A DNA stretch of 64,000 bases, from positions 24,368 to 88,367 of the forward strand of contig JASFQK010000029.1 in the NCBI GenBank assembly GCA_050115495.1. The letters run 5' to 3'. Position 1 is the stretch's first letter; the number at the start of each line of letters is the position of its first letter. The notes below the pieces were generated by a model. That model did not search any database. It was given only the letters and a program-made list of their open reading frames with translations, and was not told where the DNA came from. Source of the stretch: Phycisphaerae bacterium (GTDB lineage: Bacteria; Planctomycetota; Phycisphaerae; UBA1845; Fen-1342). The position numbers were made by a program, and so were the translations under genes. Positions 1-11,325 of the stretch are shown here, in pieces.

Positions 1-134
1 CCCCGCACGTCGTCAAACTGCGTTTGGGCTGCCGCCAGAGACACGACCGTGGCCGCGAAACCGGCGAGCGTACAGAAACGCCAAGCGTATGAGAGAACAC
101 ACGGAGGGCAACGATTTAACGCCGACTTAGGCAT
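1..134 (-). CDS. 5' part of a putative exported protein running off the left edge
   Basis: ATG at 134 gives MPKSALNRCPPCVLSYAWRFCTLAGFAATVVSLAAAQTQF, signal-peptide-like; GGGAGG upstream. Confidence 0.35.
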   Translation of the reverse strand, partial: MPKSALNRCPPCVLSYAWRFCTLAGFAATVVSLAAAQTQFDDVR

Positions 135-444
135 AGTGCCAACTTCGCCTCCCAATGGGTCTCGCATTCCGTCAGCAAGCGATGAGTTGTGAAGAAGGCG
201 TTGAACGCTTGGCTCGACAGACCGGTCGTCCGGCATGCCAACACAAATTGCCTCCGCTGGCCCCGCTCAATGCGCTCATGCATCACAACCTGTAGCCACC
301 ACTCGCTCGCCCCGGCGTGACGCATGCGTCGAAGGAAGCCCGCCGCTGTCGCGCCGCGCCGCAGTGTCTCACACAAGACAACCGTTTGCTGGGCAGGCCT
401 TGCCTAGCTTGCGCCCAGAAACGGCACGCAAGTCAGACAGCCGT

Positions 445-852
445 CTAGCTCTGCTGAACGCAGGTCTGGGCCCTGCCGCATTCGCGGAGGCCGATGGGGT
501 CGTTCTCGTCGCAGTAACAGCGCGCTCCCTCGTCCCCTGGCACCGGACCCTTGCATTTCGGCACGGGTACTAGAGCGCACAGATTCCCGAATTCCTGGTG
601 ACACGTCTTGCCCGTGACGGCGACACACGTGAGTCTAACGATTCCGGGACATGCGCCGCAGCACGTGTGATTCGCGCAGTCGGATGTGGCGGGCGTACAG
701 TCCTCCGCGCTCGGCCTCTGACAGACCGTTCGCTGGAGGCAATCATAACCCGTCAAATCGTCTGCACGCGCCGGGCGGAGCATGCCGAAGAGAACGATCA
801 CGGCAACGCAACTGGTGGCGCACACGGCGACGACATACTGTATTCGTAACAT
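445..852 (-). CDS. Small secreted cysteine-rich protein
   Basis: Hydrophobic N-terminus ending ARA/DD; 15 Cys in the predicted mature part; AAGGAG upstream. Confidence 0.7.
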   Translation of the reverse strand: MLRIQYVVAVCATSCVAVIVLFGMLRPARADDLTGYDCLQRTVCQRPSAEDCTPATSDCANHTCCGACPGIVRLTCVAVTGKTCHQEFGNLCALVPVPKCKGPVPGDEGARCYCDENDPIGLRECGRAQTCVQQS

Positions 853-884
853 CGCTGACGCTCCTTCTCATTGACGCGGGGCCT

Positions 885-1472
885 TTACTGCGCGGCTTCC
901 ACGATCTCGACGCTCTCAATCACCACGACCAAGTGCGGCACGCCGTCCTCATCGCCGCTGGCATAAACCGCTTCAACAATATCCATCCCACCGATCACCT
1001 CGGCGAAGACCGTGTGCAAGCCGTCCCAGGCCGGATACGCCTCCACGCAGATATTGAACAGGTGCGTGTCCTCCGTTCCGGAGAAGTCGCGGATGCCGAC
1101 GTGGCCGGGCGTATGCGTGAGTGGACTGTCGATCTCGCGCTCCTCCCACTGGTACGCGTGCGGGCTGTACTTCAGTGAGCCGTCCGGCAGAATGTCCCCA
1201 CCGTAAATAAACGAAGGAGACACCTGGTCGAAAATCACGCCGTCGTAGACGTGGTTTCGGCAGAAGCCGATGAAGTGCTGCACCGTGAGCGGCGCAGCAT
1301 CGTTGCGCAACAGCAGCGTGATGTCCCCCGCCGATGTGTGCAGAATCGCCTGCGGATGTGAGCCCCAATCCACCAAGCCCGAGCGAGCCTCGCTCGGCTG
1401 CACAAGCAGCAACGCCAAGCCGGCCATGCAGAGGGCCGACGCAACCGCCAGAACCTTCGTTGACATGCACAA
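885..1472 (-). CDS. Exported cyclophilin-like protein (degenerate active site)
   Basis: TSAGDITLLL, APLTVQHF, YDGVIF, HTVFAEVIGGMDIVE cyclophilin motifs; signal peptide. Confidence 0.85.
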   Translation of the reverse strand: MCMSTKVLAVASALCMAGLALLLVQPSEARSGLVDWGSHPQAILHTSAGDITLLLRNDAAPLTVQHFIGFCRNHVYDGVIFDQVSPSFIYGGDILPDGSLKYSPHAYQWEEREIDSPLTHTPGHVGIRDFSGTEDTHLFNICVEAYPAWDGLHTVFAEVIGGMDIVEAVYASGDEDGVPHLVVVIESVEIVEAAQ

Positions 1473-1770
1473 TCTCCCCGGGGACCCCTCTGGAGGCAGC
1501 GCCGAGTCGTCCCCTGTTCCCCGGCGTGTCGGCGGGCAGTGCGTCGCCCGCCAAGTTGATAATTGCGCGCAGCCGCCCCGTAGTCAAACTGTCTCACGCT
1601 ATCCCGTCCCTCCTCGACACTATCCCCTGGATACCATAAACCAATTATTAACATAGCATTACGACGCCCCCACGATTTTGCGGACTTTGGCGAACTTCAT
1701 ACCTTACGAGATGTGCAACACCCTATTTATGACGTCACCCGCGCCGATGCAGCGCCGCCGCGTCGTCCGC

Positions 1771-4122
1771 TTAGAACGATGCGCCGAAGGAGAAGTTGAA
1801 GACTTGCGTATCGTCGTCGTCGCCCTTGGCGATCGGAAAGCCGAAGTCCAGCACGATCGGCACCGGGCCGAAGAAGTCGACGTTGATCCGCAGACCGAAG
1901 CCAACCGACGCCCGCCAATCCGTGATCGTGAGGCCTTCCTCGACCGTGCCCATGTCCAGGAACGTGACGCCGCGGAAGCTCTTGCCGTACAGCGGGAACG
2001 AGTACTCCGCCCCGGTCAGCAGAATGAGATCGCCGCCGACCCGCGTGTTCTTCACGCCCTTGCGCGGCGAGATCCCGCGGAAGTGGAAGCCGCGGATCGA
2101 GCCGAAACCGCCGCCGTAGAACCGCTCGAACACCGGGGCATCGCCCACGATGTACGAAGCGTCCGCCCGGACAGCAAAGACGCTCTTGCGGTCGAAGATG
2201 TCGGTGCGGAGGGTCTTATACCAGGCGAAGCCGGCCGACGGACGGCCGAACTGGAAGTCACCGCCGAGCGCCCCGACCTGCTCCCAGCTCAGATTGAACC
2301 GGTACCCGCGCGTGGGGACCATGCGGCTGTCGGTCGTGTCGCGGACGACGCTGACCTTGAACGCCGACAGGAAGTGGTCGCCGCGTACCTCGCGCACGTC
2401 GCTCGGCGCCAGCGGATCGACGTCGCTGACGCTGACCTGCTCGGCCCGTAGCGCCCCTTCCACCGCCCAGTCGGCGAAGAAGCCCCGCTCGAACCGCTTG
2501 CTCAGGGCGATCAGCACGCCGAGCCGCTGCTCGTCGTACGCGTCGCGGCCGCGCTGGAACAGGTACGCCGACGTGTCCAGCCGCAGCGGCCGGTCCAGCA
2601 GGTACGGCTCGGTGAAGTCGATGCGGAAGCGGGTCATCTCGGTGCCCGGCTCGGCGGAGAAGCGCAGCCGTTGCCCGTCGCCGCGAAACGCCTGCCCACG
2701 GAAGAACTGGCCCCACGTGCGCGGCCAGTCGAACAGGTCGAAGTTGCGGTTCTCGATCGACAATGAACCCAGCACGCCGCTATCCGTGCTGACGCCGACG
2801 CCGATCAGGAACGTCACCGTCTCGGTTTCCTCGACCTCGACCAGCGCCTCGCGCAGGTCACCCGCCGGCGGCAGCGGCGTGATCGTCGCCTCCGCGAACA
2901 GGCCGGTTTCCTTCAGCCGCTGCTCGGCCTCTTTGGCGGCAACCATGTTGAACAGATCGCCCGGCAACAGCTTCAGCTCCCGGCGGACCACCTCGTCCCT
3001 GGTCCGCTGATTGCCGCGGATGCTGATGCGGCCGATACGGTACTGCTTATTCTCGTCGATCTGGTAGTGCAGCCGCACGACGCCCGGCTGCTCGAGAAAC
3101 TCGTGCTGGGCGTCCACGTACGCGTCGACGTAGCCGATCTCGCCGTAGAGCTCCTGCACCCGCCGGACGTCCTCGCGCAGTGACTCGTTGCGCAGCGTGA
3201 ACCCCGGCTCGAGCTGCATCGCCGCCCGCAGCCGCCCGGTGTCGTAGGCCGTGTTGCCGTCGATGGCGATGTCCTGAATCGTGTAGCGCACGCCCTCTTC
3301 GATCACGAAGACCAGTCGCAGATCGCTGCGCGACACCTCGTCAAAATCCAGCCGGTAGCCGACGCGGGCGTCGAGATAGCCCTCGTCGTGATAGAAACGC
3401 TGGATCTCGACGGCGTCGCGGCCGGCGATCTCCTCATCGAACGCCCCGGTGCGGAACAGCCAGAAGTACGTCTTGCTGCGAATGCTCGGCCGCAGCCGCC
3501 AGTTCGGGAAGGACCGGTTCCCCTCCAGCAGGATCTTCCGCACCCGCACCCGCGGCCCCTCGACGATCTGGTAGACAACCCGCCCCTCGCTCAGCAGCGC
3601 CTGCTCGTTGACGGTCACTTCGACGTAGTAATACCCCGCCTCCTTGTAGCGCCGCTCGATCTCGTCCCGCCCCCGCCGAACGTCGTATACGTCCAGCGCG
3701 TCGCCGGCCGCCGGCGTCACTTCGTACAGCTTGTCGTCGGTGAAGACCTTGTTCCCTTCAATCTCCACCGTGGCGATAGTCGGCCGCTCCTGCACCGTGA
3801 AGGTCACGACGACCTGGTTCTCCTCGACCTTCGTGTCGGCGAAGGCGTTGAGGAACCGCCGCGAACGCAGCAGCGCCCGCACGTCCTCCTCCACCTGCCG
3901 GCGGGAGAACGGCTGCGACTCACGCGTCTTGATCGACCGCCGGAACCACCCCTCGCTGATCGTCTCCAGCCCGACGATCTCCACCCGGCGAACGATCATC
4001 CCGTCCGCGGCCTGGTTGTCCTGGGCACTGGCCGATCCGGCCACCAGGAGCCACGTCCCGGCCACCAGCGCCGCCAGCAGCGCCCGCCCTCGCCCGCCAA
4101 GTCTTGCCGATGCGATTTGCAC
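1771..4122 (-). CDS. bamA: Outer membrane protein assembly factor BamA
   Basis: Signal peptide, POTRA-like repeats, SIRGF loop motif, C-terminal FSFGASF. Confidence 0.95.
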   Translation of the reverse strand: MQIASARLGGRGRALLAALVAGTWLLVAGSASAQDNQAADGMIVRRVEIVGLETISEGWFRRSIKTRESQPFSRRQVEEDVRALLRSRRFLNAFADTKVEENQVVVTFTVQERPTIATVEIEGNKVFTDDKLYEVTPAAGDALDVYDVRRGRDEIERRYKEAGYYYVEVTVNEQALLSEGRVVYQIVEGPRVRVRKILLEGNRSFPNWRLRPSIRSKTYFWLFRTGAFDEEIAGRDAVEIQRFYHDEGYLDARVGYRLDFDEVSRSDLRLVFVIEEGVRYTIQDIAIDGNTAYDTGRLRAAMQLEPGFTLRNESLREDVRRVQELYGEIGYVDAYVDAQHEFLEQPGVVRLHYQIDENKQYRIGRISIRGNQRTRDEVVRRELKLLPGDLFNMVAAKEAEQRLKETGLFAEATITPLPPAGDLREALVEVEETETVTFLIGVGVSTDSGVLGSLSIENRNFDLFDWPRTWGQFFRGQAFRGDGQRLRFSAEPGTEMTRFRIDFTEPYLLDRPLRLDTSAYLFQRGRDAYDEQRLGVLIALSKRFERGFFADWAVEGALRAEQVSVSDVDPLAPSDVREVRGDHFLSAFKVSVVRDTTDSRMVPTRGYRFNLSWEQVGALGGDFQFGRPSAGFAWYKTLRTDIFDRKSVFAVRADASYIVGDAPVFERFYGGGFGSIRGFHFRGISPRKGVKNTRVGGDLILLTGAEYSFPLYGKSFRGVTFLDMGTVEEGLTITDWRASVGFGLRINVDFFGPVPIVLDFGFPIAKGDDDDTQVFNFSFGASF

Positions 4123-4258
4123 GATTCACCACGCCGATCGAGAGAATGCCCAGAATGGCCCCTCCGTCCTGCGGGGGGACCGCGCCGATGTTGCGCGGTA
4201 CTATACCGCCCACCCGCAGTCGGCGAAAGCACGCGGCCCCGCCGCACCTGGAGCACCC

Positions 4259-5011
4259 ATGAAACCCGTCATCGGTCTGAGCAGCAACTCCCGTCGTGAC
4301 TCCGTCGACCCGTGGCGATCGCAGATATACCTCGACGCCGTCTATCTCGACGCCGTCGAAGCCGCCGGCGGCCTGCCGGTCGCCCTGCCCGTGCCGCAAA
4401 CCCCCGACCCCGCCCTGCTCGACGAACTCATCGCCGCCTGCGACGGCTTGGTCTTCACCGGCGGCTTCGACCTGCACCCGCACCATTTCGGCGACGAGCC
4501 CGTGCATCCCAAGGCCATCGTGCTGGACGAACGCCGCGACCGCTTCGAGGTCGAACTCTTCCGCCGGGCCGACGCCGCCCGCCTGCCCATCCTCGCCATC
4601 TGCCTCGGCCACCAGATCGCTCACGTGGCCCGCGGCGGCGCGTTGATCCAGCACATCGACGATCTGGACCGCCCCACGCCCGTCACGCACTACCTGGCGA
4701 GCGGTCACCCCGCCTTGCACTCTGTACGCATCGAGCCCGGCTCACGCCTGGCCAGCGTCGTCGGCGGGACGGAAATCGAAGTGAACAGCCGCCATCACCA
4801 GGCGGTCGATCACCGCCGACCGGTCCACAATCTGCGACCCGTCGCCTGGTCCCCCGACGGCCTGCTCGAAGGCGCTGAAGATTGTGATGGACGGTTCCTG
4901 CTCTGCGTGCAGTGGCACCCCGAGGACCTCTTCGACCGCCCCGAACACCTGCGGCTCTTCGAGGCCGTTGTGCACGAGGCCCGGGCCTGGCGCACGCAGC
5001 GCCGCTCCTGA
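4259..5011 (+). CDS. Peptidase C26 / gamma-glutamyl-gamma-aminobutyrate hydrolase family
   Basis: MKPVIG start, GLVFTGGFD, AICLGHQ, VNSRHHQ, VQWHPE. Confidence 0.92.
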   Translation: MKPVIGLSSNSRRDSVDPWRSQIYLDAVYLDAVEAAGGLPVALPVPQTPDPALLDELIAACDGLVFTGGFDLHPHHFGDEPVHPKAIVLDERRDRFEVELFRRADAARLPILAICLGHQIAHVARGGALIQHIDDLDRPTPVTHYLASGHPALHSVRIEPGSRLASVVGGTEIEVNSRHHQAVDHRRPVHNLRPVAWSPDGLLEGAEDCDGRFLLCVQWHPEDLFDRPEHLRLFEAVVHEARAWRTQRRS

Positions 5012-5022
5012 CCGGTCGCCCG

Positions 5023-5238
5023 CTACTTCTCGGTCGCCAGCAGGACGTTCACTGCCTTGGCCAGCACCTGCACCTTCATCCCCGGCTTGAGCCCCAGGTC
5101 CTCCAGCGATTCGGTCGTCATCACCGAGCACATGATCGACTGCGCCGGAATCGTCACCTTGACCTGGCACATGACGTCCCCGCGGCGAATCTCGGCCACT
5201 TCACCCACAAGCTGATTGCGCGCTCCGTATTTCATCAC
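5023..5238 (-). CDS. Molybdate-binding TOBE/Mop protein
   Basis: GARNQLVG...SVMTTESLEDLGLKPG...AKAVNV Mop pattern. Confidence 0.9.
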   Translation of the reverse strand: MMKYGARNQLVGEVAEIRRGDVMCQVKVTIPAQSIMCSVMTTESLEDLGLKPGMKVQVLAKAVNVLLATEK

Positions 5239-5279
5239 GTTGCTCCCTCTGGCCTGACGGCGCCGGCCCGCCGCATGGG

Positions 5280-6824
5280 CTACGAGCCGCCCTTGGTCTT
5301 CACCCGGACGATGCGCCGGTCGCCCTGCGGGTCCAGCACCTGGAGCCGCACGTCCTCGCCCGGGCGAACCGAGTCTAACGCCTTGAGCAGTTCGCCGACA
5401 GTGGTCACCTCCTCACCGTCACAGGCGACGATGAGCTCGCCCGCACCGACCCGCGGCCGCCCCTCCACCACGCCCTCGATGCTCACGACGAAAACGCCGC
5501 GATCCGTCTCGTCGAAGGCCCGGGCCTGCATGAACATCGTGAGCAACCCCGGGTGGAACGTGCAGCCGCGCAGGCCCAGCCGCGGAATCCCGCGCGAGTC
5601 AATCGCCGGCGCTCTGCGGGCCGCCACCATGTCGTTCGGTTGCAGGCCGAGGCGAATGTCGAGCTCGCGCTCCTCACCGTCCCGGATGAAGCGTACGCGC
5701 ACGAGTTCGTCGGGCCCCAGGTCGGCGATGAGCGACTTGAAGTACTCCCCGTCGCGGATGACTTCGCCGTTGACGGCTACGATCACGTCCTCGACCTGCA
5801 GCCCGGCGTTGTCCGCCGGCGAATCCTCGTGCACGGTTGAGATCAGAATCCCCCTGGTGTCGGGCAGCTTGAAGATCTTCGCGTCGTCCTCGGTAAGCGC
5901 CGCGGTCGGATAGCTGATGCCCAGCCAGCCGCGAGAGACGATGCCGTGCTCGACGAGCTCTTCGGCCACCCGCCGGGCCATATTCGCTGGAATGCTGAAC
6001 GCCACGCCGGCGTTGACCGCCTCGCCGTTAGTGGCGATCGCCGTGTTCACGCCGACGACTTCGCCCCGCAGGTTTAGCAGCGGCCCGCCGGAGTTACCCG
6101 GGTTGATCGCCGTGTCCGTCTGGATGAAGTTCTGATACAGGACTTCGCGCTCTTCGACGCGTGTGCGGCCGGTAGCGCTGACGATGCCATGCGTGACCGT
6201 CTGGCTGAGGCCGAACGGGGCGCCGATGGCCACGACCCAGTCGCCGACCTCGGCCTTGTCCGAGTCGCCGAAGACGAGCGGATGCAGGTCGGTGGCGTCG
6301 ATCTTGACCACCGCCAGGTCGGTCTTCGGGTCGATACCAACCAGGCGAGCCTCGTACGTGCGTTCGTTGTTCAGCGTGACGGCGATTTCCGGCCGCCCTT
6401 GGACCACGTGGCAGTTCGTGACGATGTGGCCGTTGGTGTCGAAGAGAAAGCCGCTGCCCGCCGCCGGCGGCAGCCGTCGCAGCAGAAACTGCTCGATCTG
6501 CTCGTCGGTCAGCATGCCGCCGAGTTGCTCGCGCATCTGGTCGATGTCGTCCTGCGAGATGCGGTCGAGCCCGCCGCCGCTCACGTTGATGTGCACCACC
6601 CCCGGCCGGGCCACTTTCGCCACCAGCCGGAACGCCTTCGAGATCGTCTGGAGACCGCCGGCATCCTGGAGGTCGGCCAGTTCCTCGGTCGCGGCCTGCA
6701 ACCGACCACGCTCGAATGCGTAAGCCCAGTGCGACAGCAGGCGATCCCCGACGCCCACCCAGATCAGGGCCAGCAGGACGGCCGTCCACAGGAACAACCG
6801 GACGTGTAAACGTGTGCGGTTCAT
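5280..6824 (-). CDS. htrA: HtrA/DegP-family serine protease with PDZ domains
   Basis: TNCHVV, DLAVVK, INPGNSGGPL triad motifs; C-terminal PDZ regions; N-terminal TM. Confidence 0.93.
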   Translation of the reverse strand: MNRTRLHVRLFLWTAVLLALIWVGVGDRLLSHWAYAFERGRLQAATEELADLQDAGGLQTISKAFRLVAKVARPGVVHINVSGGGLDRISQDDIDQMREQLGGMLTDEQIEQFLLRRLPPAAGSGFLFDTNGHIVTNCHVVQGRPEIAVTLNNERTYEARLVGIDPKTDLAVVKIDATDLHPLVFGDSDKAEVGDWVVAIGAPFGLSQTVTHGIVSATGRTRVEEREVLYQNFIQTDTAINPGNSGGPLLNLRGEVVGVNTAIATNGEAVNAGVAFSIPANMARRVAEELVEHGIVSRGWLGISYPTAALTEDDAKIFKLPDTRGILISTVHEDSPADNAGLQVEDVIVAVNGEVIRDGEYFKSLIADLGPDELVRVRFIRDGEERELDIRLGLQPNDMVAARRAPAIDSRGIPRLGLRGCTFHPGLLTMFMQARAFDETDRGVFVVSIEGVVEGRPRVGAGELIVACDGEEVTTVGELLKALDSVRPGEDVRLQVLDPQGDRRIVRVKTKGGS

Positions 6825-6969
6825 GGCGCAACGCTCCTCCCGGTCCGCCGCCCGGCCGCCGCCGATGAAAGCGGCCCGCCGCGGTCCGGTCTATGCTGTG
6901 ATCTTACGCCCTTCTTTCGCCGGCCGCCCGGCTCGGTTGCAGACCCGCGCGACTTCTCCGCCCCGGTCG

Positions 6970-7048
6970 AAAAAGGGGACTGGCTCCGAGCCGACCACAA
7001 CCCCGGTGTTTTCGAGGCCGCCCAGGGCGAGGTGCCTGTCCCTTTTTT
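6970..7048. repeat. Short element with inverted ends (REP/MITE-like)
   Basis: AAAAAGGGGAC...GTCCCTTTTTT inverted termini in the intergenic gap. Confidence 0.5.
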
Positions 7049-7058
7049 AGACAGGTCG

Positions 7059-8120
7059 CTACCCCCCGCCAGGTTGCGAAGCCGCCGGCGTTACATCTTC
7101 AAACGGATCCAGCGCCCCCACACTCAGCCCGGCCGATTCCGCGTACCGTTGCGCGAAGTCATCCAGCGTCCCTGGCGTGACCAGTTCGCACGGAATCGCC
7201 GTCCGCCGCGTCGCCGACGGAATCTCCATCAGCCCTCGCACCGCCATATCCATCGCGGCGTAGCCGATGTCCCCGTGCAGCGGGCCCACCAGCGCCGCCG
7301 CCTGACCCCGCCGCAGCGCCGGCCAAAGCCGGGGAGCCGTGCTGAGCGTCCCAAACCGGCAATTCGACCCCAGCAGCGTCTCGGGCGACGCCGCCAGCCA
7401 CGGTTCCGGGTCCAGCGTCACCATCAGGCCCGTGTTCGGATACAGGGCCAGCAACTCGCGGATCAACTCGCTCTCGGAGACGCCTGCCGCTGACGCATCA
7501 CGCACCTCCAGCTCGTGCACGTCCGCCAGCCTGTGCGCGGCGACGGTGAACCGGTCGAAGCACTGCGACGCCACCGGGTCCCTGCCCCGGTTGTGCACCA
7601 GCGAGTAGCTGCGCCCGCCGGTCGTCACCTCCGCCAGCTTCTCGCCGAGCAATCCGGCCCCGGGCGCCCAGTCCACTTCGACGTTGCCGTACGCCCGCAC
7701 GCCGTCCAATTGTGGCCCGATAATTACCAGCAGAATCGGCGGGGTATGTTCCTGAATCTTCCTCGCGATCGGACGCGCCACGTCGGGATCGCTCACGACC
7801 AGACACACCGCCTGCGGATTGTTATCGCACACCGTCCCGACGAGCGCCGCGAGCAGTTCCGGATCGTCTCGCGTCGGGGCGACCGCGAGGCACTCGATAT
7901 GCGAGTAGCGGGCTCCGTATCGCCGGGCACCGCCCCGAATCCCCTGCCAGTCGGGGTGGGTCTCGTATGGACCGATAACGCAGATCCGCGTATTCTCCGA
8001 CAACCGCCGACCGACCCGCCCCTCCTCGCTGCGTTCACAGCCGGCCATCGTCAGAAACAGGGCGAGTGTGAGCCCGGAGGCCCCCAAGCCTCGCCACCGG
8101 CATTGTCCGATCATGCGCAT
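7059..8120 (-). CDS. Periplasmic sugar-binding-like lipoprotein
   Basis: Lipobox-like MAGC; HPDWQGIRGGA and DIGYAAMDMA resemble type I periplasmic binding proteins; 5' part of the 722-aa ORF is shadow. Confidence 0.7.
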   Translation of the reverse strand: MRMIGQCRWRGLGASGLTLALFLTMAGCERSEEGRVGRRLSENTRICVIGPYETHPDWQGIRGGARRYGARYSHIECLAVAPTRDDPELLAALVGTVCDNNPQAVCLVVSDPDVARPIARKIQEHTPPILLVIIGPQLDGVRAYGNVEVDWAPGAGLLGEKLAEVTTGGRSYSLVHNRGRDPVASQCFDRFTVAAHRLADVHELEVRDASAAGVSESELIRELLALYPNTGLMVTLDPEPWLAASPETLLGSNCRFGTLSTAPRLWPALRRGQAAALVGPLHGDIGYAAMDMAVRGLMEIPSATRRTAIPCELVTPGTLDDFAQRYAESAGLSVGALDPFEDVTPAASQPGGG

Positions 8121-8255
8121 CTGAGATTCACCGCTCGATCGGCTGGCACCGCAACCTTGCCTTGCCGATTCTTCTATAATAGGTGAGAATCCGGCTATAC
8201 TGTAGTGGTCGGGGTGTCCCTGCGCGTGCGGGTCCCCCAGGAAAGAGGTGTACGC

Positions 8256-9050
8256 ATGAACCGTATCCTGACCGTTGGGTTGATGGCGCTGTTCGTCCTG
8301 CCCTGCGCCGCCTGGGCGCAGACCGACACCTCGGAGCAGACACCCAGCACCTGGGTCGGAGCCGCGCGCTCCCGCCACCAGTTGCTCCAACAGGCCCGCG
8401 TCACCAACGCCCGCCAGGGCGAGTTCGCCGGCACGACCGAGGGCCTCACCGAGGAATCCACGTCCTCTTCCGGCAGCAGCCTGTCCAGCCTGCTCGACGT
8501 TGTCAGCGGTCTGTCCGGCTCGCTCGGCAGCACCAGCGACCTCGGCAGCCTCCTCGGCCTCCTCGGCTCGGACACGACCGACACGACGACCACCACCGGC
8601 GGCGACGAGGAATGGACCATCGAGGACCTCCTCGCCCTCGGCGAAGCCATGGGCGGCATCGGCAAGCCGATCAACAGCTCGACGGACGACACCGCCACCA
8701 CGGCCAAGAGCACCCTCGCGACCGCCAAGCTGGACACGGCCCAGGAATACGAAACGCGCGACGCCAGCGGCGCCATCGGCCGCCTCCCCAAGATCGACGC
8801 CACCTCGCAGTCGAGCGACACCGAACAAAGCTTCACCAGCCGGCTGACCGAGACGCTGGCCACGACGTTCTTCTCGTCCCTGGCGATCGGTTTCCAGTCC
8901 TCCACCTTCATCAACTTCCTGAAGGACCAGTTGCGGCCGGTCTTCTTCCCGACGGACGACGACAGCACCGACAACACGTCGGGCGACGGCAACAGCATCG
9001 AGGACCAGAACTCGTCGGGCAACGGCGGCAGCACAAACTCGATTGTCTGA
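8256..9050 (+). CDS. Secreted Ser/Thr/Asp-rich hypothetical protein
   Basis: GAGGTG RBS, signal peptide ending AWA/Q, low-complexity S/T tracts. Confidence 0.75.
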   Translation: MNRILTVGLMALFVLPCAAWAQTDTSEQTPSTWVGAARSRHQLLQQARVTNARQGEFAGTTEGLTEESTSSSGSSLSSLLDVVSGLSGSLGSTSDLGSLLGLLGSDTTDTTTTTGGDEEWTIEDLLALGEAMGGIGKPINSSTDDTATTAKSTLATAKLDTAQEYETRDASGAIGRLPKIDATSQSSDTEQSFTSRLTETLATTFFSSLAIGFQSSTFINFLKDQLRPVFFPTDDDSTDNTSGDGNSIEDQNSSGNGGSTNSIV

Positions 9051-9172
9051 CGCCGCGGGCCGCGCGCCTGCCGGCGCGACGGGCCCGCGACACTCTTGCC
9101 GGACTGGCGTGCCGCGGCGCGGCGGTGCACCGGTCCCCGATATCGCGTCGATCATCTTCAAGCGGGTGATGT

Positions 9173-10169
9173 ATGCCGACGATTCCCCCGCGATTCCGGG
9201 CCCTGCGGAACTTCGCCCGGGGCGCAACCGCTGTCATCGTGATCGGCTCCCTCGGCGCCATCGGCTACGGCATCTTCGCCTGGGCCGTGCTGAATGACCC
9301 GCGCGGCGTCGGTTGGCTGTCGGGCGGACTGGCCGTGCTGGCCCTGGGCCTGCTGCTCTTCACGCACTTCTCCCTCACGCACAAGGCGGCCAGCAACGCC
9401 TACCGCTCCTACGACGCCCTCCTGGACATCGTCGAGCAGATGCGCCGGCAGAGCGACATGCTGCGCACCATCGCCGACAACAGCTCCCTCTCCGAGTGGG
9501 CCAAGCGCATCGTCTACCGCGAGAAGGACTACGAGTACCTGCGCGACACGATCGAGGGCGCCTCGGCACGCCAGGACTGGGTCTCCGCCGAACGCCTCAT
9601 CCGCGAGCTCGACGAGGAGTTCGGCATGCGCGACGAAGCCGCCAAACTCCGCGCCGAGCTCGAACAGGCCCGCCGGGCGACCGCCGAAGAAAAGGTCGCC
9701 GCCGCCCTCGAGCGCGTCGATTCGCTATGCGAGTCCCACAAGTGGGAACAGGCCCTGCGCGAGTCCGAACGTCTGCTGTCCCTCTTCCCCGGCGAACCGC
9801 GCATCGCCGCCCTGACCCGCGAGGTGGATCTCCGCCGCCAGCAGTGCAAACGCACGCTCCTGAAGGACTACGACCAGGCCGTTCGCAACCACGATGTGAA
9901 CACCGCCCATCGCCTTCTCTTCGAGCTCGACCACTACCTCGCCCCCAACGAGGCCGCCGCCCTGAAAGAATCCGCCCGCGGCGTCTTCCGCGCCAAGCTC
10001 CAGCAGATGGGCGTCCAGTTCAGTCTCGCCGTCACCGACCACCAGTTTCGCAAGGCCGTCGCCATCGGCGAACGGCTCGGCCGCGAGTTCCCCAACAGCC
10101 GCTACGCCCAGGAAATCGCCACCATGATGCCCGCCCTCCGCCAGCGTGCCGAACAGGACACCCCTGCCC

Positions 10170-10180
<11 letters not shown>
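9173..10180 (+). CDS. Membrane-anchored helical hypothetical protein
   Basis: Two N-terminal TM segments then helical region; strong GC3 bias; overlaps galK start. Confidence 0.8.
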
Positions 10181-11324
<1,144 letters not shown>

Positions 11325-11325
11325 C

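Noticed and set aside
3731..4258. N-terminal extension of the C26 ORF
   Set aside because: Overlaps bamA antisense; family similarity starts at MKPVIG
8121..9227. 5' extension of the 722-aa minus-strand ORF and the 311-aa ORF
   Set aside because: Antisense shadows of the plus-strand gene at 8256-9050
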